Below, in pieces: positions 27,301 through 29,527 of a stretch of DNA of 29,527 nucleotides. How positions within the stretch are numbered: position 1 is the first letter of the stretch; the number at the start of each line of letters is the position of its first letter. Under the pieces are notes generated by a model. It worked only from the letters and a program-made list of their open reading frames with translations, did not search any database and was not told the origin of the DNA. The translations under genes were made by a program, and so were the position numbers. This stretch comes from an uncultured Clostridium sp. (GTDB lineage: Bacteria > Bacillota > Clostridia > TANB77 > CAG-508), in NCBI GenBank assembly GCA_947087745.1, contig CAMUDX010000022.1, positions 1 to 29,527 of the forward strand, written 5' to 3'.

Positions 27301-27905
27301 ACATAAATAATCTAGGTAGTGTTAATATAGACTCTATAAAAGAATACGAAAATTTAAAAAGTAGATATGACTTTATGTGTGAGCAGAGATTAGATTTAGA
27401 AAACACAATGTCTAAATTGCAAAATGTAATTCAAGATATGACAAAGACCATGAAGGAACAATTTAAAGAACAATTTGAAATAATTAATAAGAACTTTGGA
27501 GAAGTATTTAGAGAACTTTTTGGTGGAGGAAAGGCAGAAGTTATATTAACTGATGAAAATAATATTTTAGAGTGTGGAATAGATATAGAAGTGCAACCAC
27601 CAGGTAAGAAACTTCAAAATATGATGTTGCTATCAGGAGGAGAAAGAGCATTTACAGCAATTGCATTACTATTTGCAATATTAAAGATAAATCCAGCACC
27701 TTTCTGTGTATTAGATGAAATAGAAGCAGCACTAGATGATGTTAATGTTTATAGATATGCAGATTATTTAAAGAAATTCTCAAAAGATACACAATTCTTA
27801 ATTATTACACATAGAAAAGGAACTATGGAGGTTGCAGATACAGTTTATGGTGTTACTATGGAAGAAAAAGGTATTTCTAAATTATTATCTATGAAATTAA
27901 AATAA
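24360..27905 (+). CDS. smc: chromosome segregation protein SMC
   Basis: 1181 aa. N-terminal LELQGFKSF...GPNGSGKSN Walker A, long K/E-rich coiled coils, a central hinge (GIHGVLANVI...) and a C-terminal LSGGERAFTAIALLFA plus VLDEIEAALD. Confidence 0.97.
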   Translation: MYLKRLELQGFKSFADKTVLEFMPGITTVIGPNGSGKSNISDSIRWVLGEQSIKSLRGSKALDIIFAGTENRKSLGFAEASLIFDNTDGTLPIEYQEVIVTRKIYRSGETGYYINKTPCRLKDVLELFMDTGIGRDGYSIIGQGKIDEILSNKSEDRRHIFEEAAGIVKYRARKEETEKKLEHTKLNLLRINDILSEIEQNIEPLRIQSDKAKQFLNLREELKSIEIGLFIYNIEKYKEELKKITEDEEIMRDTLNQEEGKLERINALKEELKTQIEEITNKIEEAQNIGFESKNEIEKANSDINVAQTKIQNNNENSKRYEEDIEEYKQKIDDLKEEIEQKKSRKDNLKKNKEKFENELKEKEEELSKVTSKLTQKELEYESKKKNVEENTEKKYELQTQIGTDKANLENLKKRKEQLKQEIENNISDLDSTRIKKEEITNEFQKIETEKNQLSKELEEISSKREEANEKIKQFENEINTLSNEMRIKDSRLKFLIETEKEREGYTKSVKELLKACDNVKDLGKGIHGVLANVITVPKEYEVAIEMCLGASLQNIVTDSEEDAERLIQYLKANNLGRASFLPLVSIKGKKLERIRSHANGIVGIASDLVEYDKKYEQIMLNLLGRTVIVDTMQTAIALARTENYLYRVITLQGDVINPSGLITGGSVAKKTVNILGRSREIESLEKELKKLKAKIEKLEQEKQDYISSNENIIEATENLEKMLQETDITYATEKQRVISIEENVERLSNRLTKSREEVTEIEKQMTEVEEQRNKKEQEITELNNKNSILQDEINKFAEANKEEQKYIDDLNFDITNLKISVSSFDESESSIVEMEERIKQDIENNEKGLRVKQEQIEQTKTDNINLEQEIENLNNKIKDIEEKVKNSGKAIEELRNQRQEKSEKLTKKEEEQVSQFKTIEDLKSQNIKIEVKKNKIQEDCNNIINKMWEEYELTPNAVTDYKEPENIANTQKKVNNLRADINNLGSVNIDSIKEYENLKSRYDFMCEQRLDLENTMSKLQNVIQDMTKTMKEQFKEQFEIINKNFGEVFRELFGGGKAEVILTDENNILECGIDIEVQPPGKKLQNMMLLSGGERAFTAIALLFAILKINPAPFCVLDEIEAALDDVNVYRYADYLKKFSKDTQFLIITHRKGTMEVADTVYGVTMEEKGISKLLSMKLK

Positions 27906-27910
27906 AATAA

Positions 27911-27946
27911 AAATTGAACTGTAGATTAAGAACAGTTCAATTTTTT
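27911..27946. terminator. bidirectional intrinsic terminator between smc and htpX
   Basis: 12-bp stem AAATTGAACTGT / ACAGTTCAATTT, followed by TTT. Confidence 0.8.
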
Positions 27947-27974
27947 AATATTTACAATTTAATAAAAAATTTAA

Positions 27975-28874
27975 TTATTGTATATTTCTTAAAGCTTCTA
28001 CTCTATCTTCAATACTAGGGTGTGTAGACCATAATGAAGAATGTTTTTTTGACCCTTTGGCATTTGCTTTAAAAGGATTAACAATATACATATGTGCTGT
28101 ACTACTATTAGCAGTAGAAAGTTCATTAGAATCTGCATCTAATTTTTGCAAAGCAGAAATTAAACCATCAGGATTTCTAGTAAATTCTATTGCAGTAGCA
28201 TCTGCCAAAAACTCTCTTTTTCTTGAAATTGCCAATTGCATAAGTGAGCCAAAGATAGGTGATAGAATTAAAAGTACTAAGCCAATAATCATTAAAATTC
28301 CATTTCCTTTAGAGTCACTATCACGGTCTTTCATACCGCCCCAAAATAGTCTTCTTGAGAAAATATCAGAAAGAATAACTACGAAACCAACCATAACAGT
28401 TACTATTGCTGAAAGTCTAATATCATAGTTTTTTATATGTGATAGTTCATGTGCAATAACACCTTCTAATTCATAATATTCCATTTTCTCTAATAGACCT
28501 GTTGTAACACAGATAACAGCATGTTCTGGGTCTCTACCTGTTGCAAAAGCATTAGGTTGAGAATCTTCAACAACATATAAGCTAGGTTTGTATTGTAATC
28601 CAGAAGAAACCATTAAGCTATCTAATATATTAACAAGTTTCAAGTCCTCTTCATGGGTAGCAGGTCTAGCTTTGTGCATTTTTAATATGATTTGGTCACT
28701 GTAATAATATGACCCCCATGCAGAGCCAACAGAAAACACCAAGGCTAAGATTATTGCAAATATTCCCATATCTAAAGCCATAAACACATAATATAAAATT
28801 AATGTGATAGCTATAATAAATATAGAAACAATTAATATAGATTCTCTTTTATTTTTTGATATATTATCAAACAT
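27975..28874 (-). CDS. htpX: HtpX-type M48 zinc metalloprotease
   Basis: HELSHIKNYD zinc motif (HExxH) and four TM segments. The likely start is the ATG at 28874, 6 nt after GAAAGGA, rather than the listed 28898. Confidence 0.88.
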   Translation of the reverse strand: MFDNISKNKRESILIVSIFIIAITLILYYVFMALDMGIFAIILALVFSVGSAWGSYYYSDQIILKMHKARPATHEEDLKLVNILDSLMVSSGLQYKPSLYVVEDSQPNAFATGRDPEHAVICVTTGLLEKMEYYELEGVIAHELSHIKNYDIRLSAIVTVMVGFVVILSDIFSRRLFWGGMKDRDSDSKGNGILMIIGLVLLILSPIFGSLMQLAISRKREFLADATAIEFTRNPDGLISALQKLDADSNELSTANSSTAHMYIVNPFKANAKGSKKHSSLWSTHPSIEDRVEALRNIQ

Positions 28875-28969
28875 AGAAACTCCTTTCTTGTATAACATTA
28901 GTTATAAAATATAGTATTTATTGTATATAAATGCATAAAAGAGGCTAGAACTAGCTAACCTCTTTATTA

Positions 28970-29527
28970 TTAAGCACCAAAATCAACTTTTACATTTTTT
29001 CTAGCTTCATCACTCTCAGCTCTGAATAAATCACATGGTTTAAAATTAAACATATTAGCTACAATATTGCTAGGAAATAATTCTAATTTTGTGTTATATT
29101 TTGTTGCTGTGTCATTATAAAATTGTCTTGAAAAAGAAATTTTATTTTCTGTATTTCGAAGTTCTTCAGATAACTCAGAAAAATTTTGATTAGCTTTTAA
29201 TTCTGGATAATTTTCTGATACTGCCATAATTGTTTTTAAAGCACCTGATAATTGATTATCGATTTGAGCTTTATCTGCTATTGTTTGGCTGTTTGCCCAA
29301 GAAGTTCTTAGTGCAGTAACTTTTTCTAAAGTTTCAGATTCATGTTTCATATAACCTTTTACTGTTTCAACAAAGTTAGGAATTAAATCGAATCTTCTTT
29401 GAAGTTGAACATCGATTTGGCTCCATCCGTTACCTACACGTTTTTCAAGAGTTTTTAATCCATTATAAGTAGAAATTATATAAAGTACAATTACTACAAC
29501 AACTGCGAGTATAATCCATCCTATCAT
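28970..29527 (-). CDS. lemA: LemA family protein
   Basis: 185 aa. N-terminal TM anchor followed by the LemA pattern YN.L......V...WSQIDVQLQRR.DLIPN.V..VKGY..HE...L..V...R. The candidate ATG is the last 3 nt of the window, so the true start may lie beyond the edge. Confidence 0.85.
   Translation of the reverse strand: MIGWIILAVVVVIVLYIISTYNGLKTLEKRVGNGWSQIDVQLQRRFDLIPNFVETVKGYMKHESETLEKVTALRTSWANSQTIADKAQIDNQLSGALKTIMAVSENYPELKANQNFSELSEELRNTENKISFSRQFYNDTATKYNTKLELFPSNIVANMFNFKPCDLFRAESDEARKNVKVDFGA

Overview
AT-rich (about a quarter G+C by eye), genetic-code-11 chromosomal segment with strong Shine-Dalgarno sites; it looks like a low-GC Firmicute/Clostridia-type genome. Most of it is housekeeping. 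Recognised genes are gyrA, a DnaD/DnaB-like plus DnaI/DnaC-like helicase-loader pair, four tRNAs (Lys-UUU, Glu-UUC, Thr-UGU, Lys-CUU), an SDR reductase, corA, pyrB-pyrI, a YbiT/YkpA-type ABC-F ATPase, a GDT1/UPF0016 transporter, a GldA/GldF/GldG-like ABC-2 exporter, smc, htpX and lemA. The standout locus is a minus-strand operon at about 5588-8999. It encodes a VirD4/TraG-type coupling ATPase, a VirB2/TrbC-like prepilin, a VirB6/TrbL-like polytopic protein, a PrgI/TcpE (VirB3-like) hairpin protein and an unlisted 49-codon membrane ORF. No VirB4 ATPase, relaxase, cell-wall hydrolase or integrase is present, and the operon sits directly upstream of the replication-loader genes. The ORF track truncates the coupling ATPase. 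Its reading frame stays open 420 nt further upstream and includes two TM helices and the Walker A motif. That extension has no ATG/GTG/TTG, and strong SD sites point to ATA and ATT initiation for the first two genes. All four exact Spo0A-box heptamers (TGTCGAA) I could find lie within 9049-10830. They sit next to that operon's promoter region and around Spo0E-like small genes. Other oddities are a CapA-family gene split by one in-frame TAA, a degenerate ParE/RelE toxin fragment beside tRNA-Lys, a G+C-rich 16-nt exact repeat covering a ribosome-binding site, and two long perfect palindromes. All family assignments come from motif recognition by eye; no database search was run.
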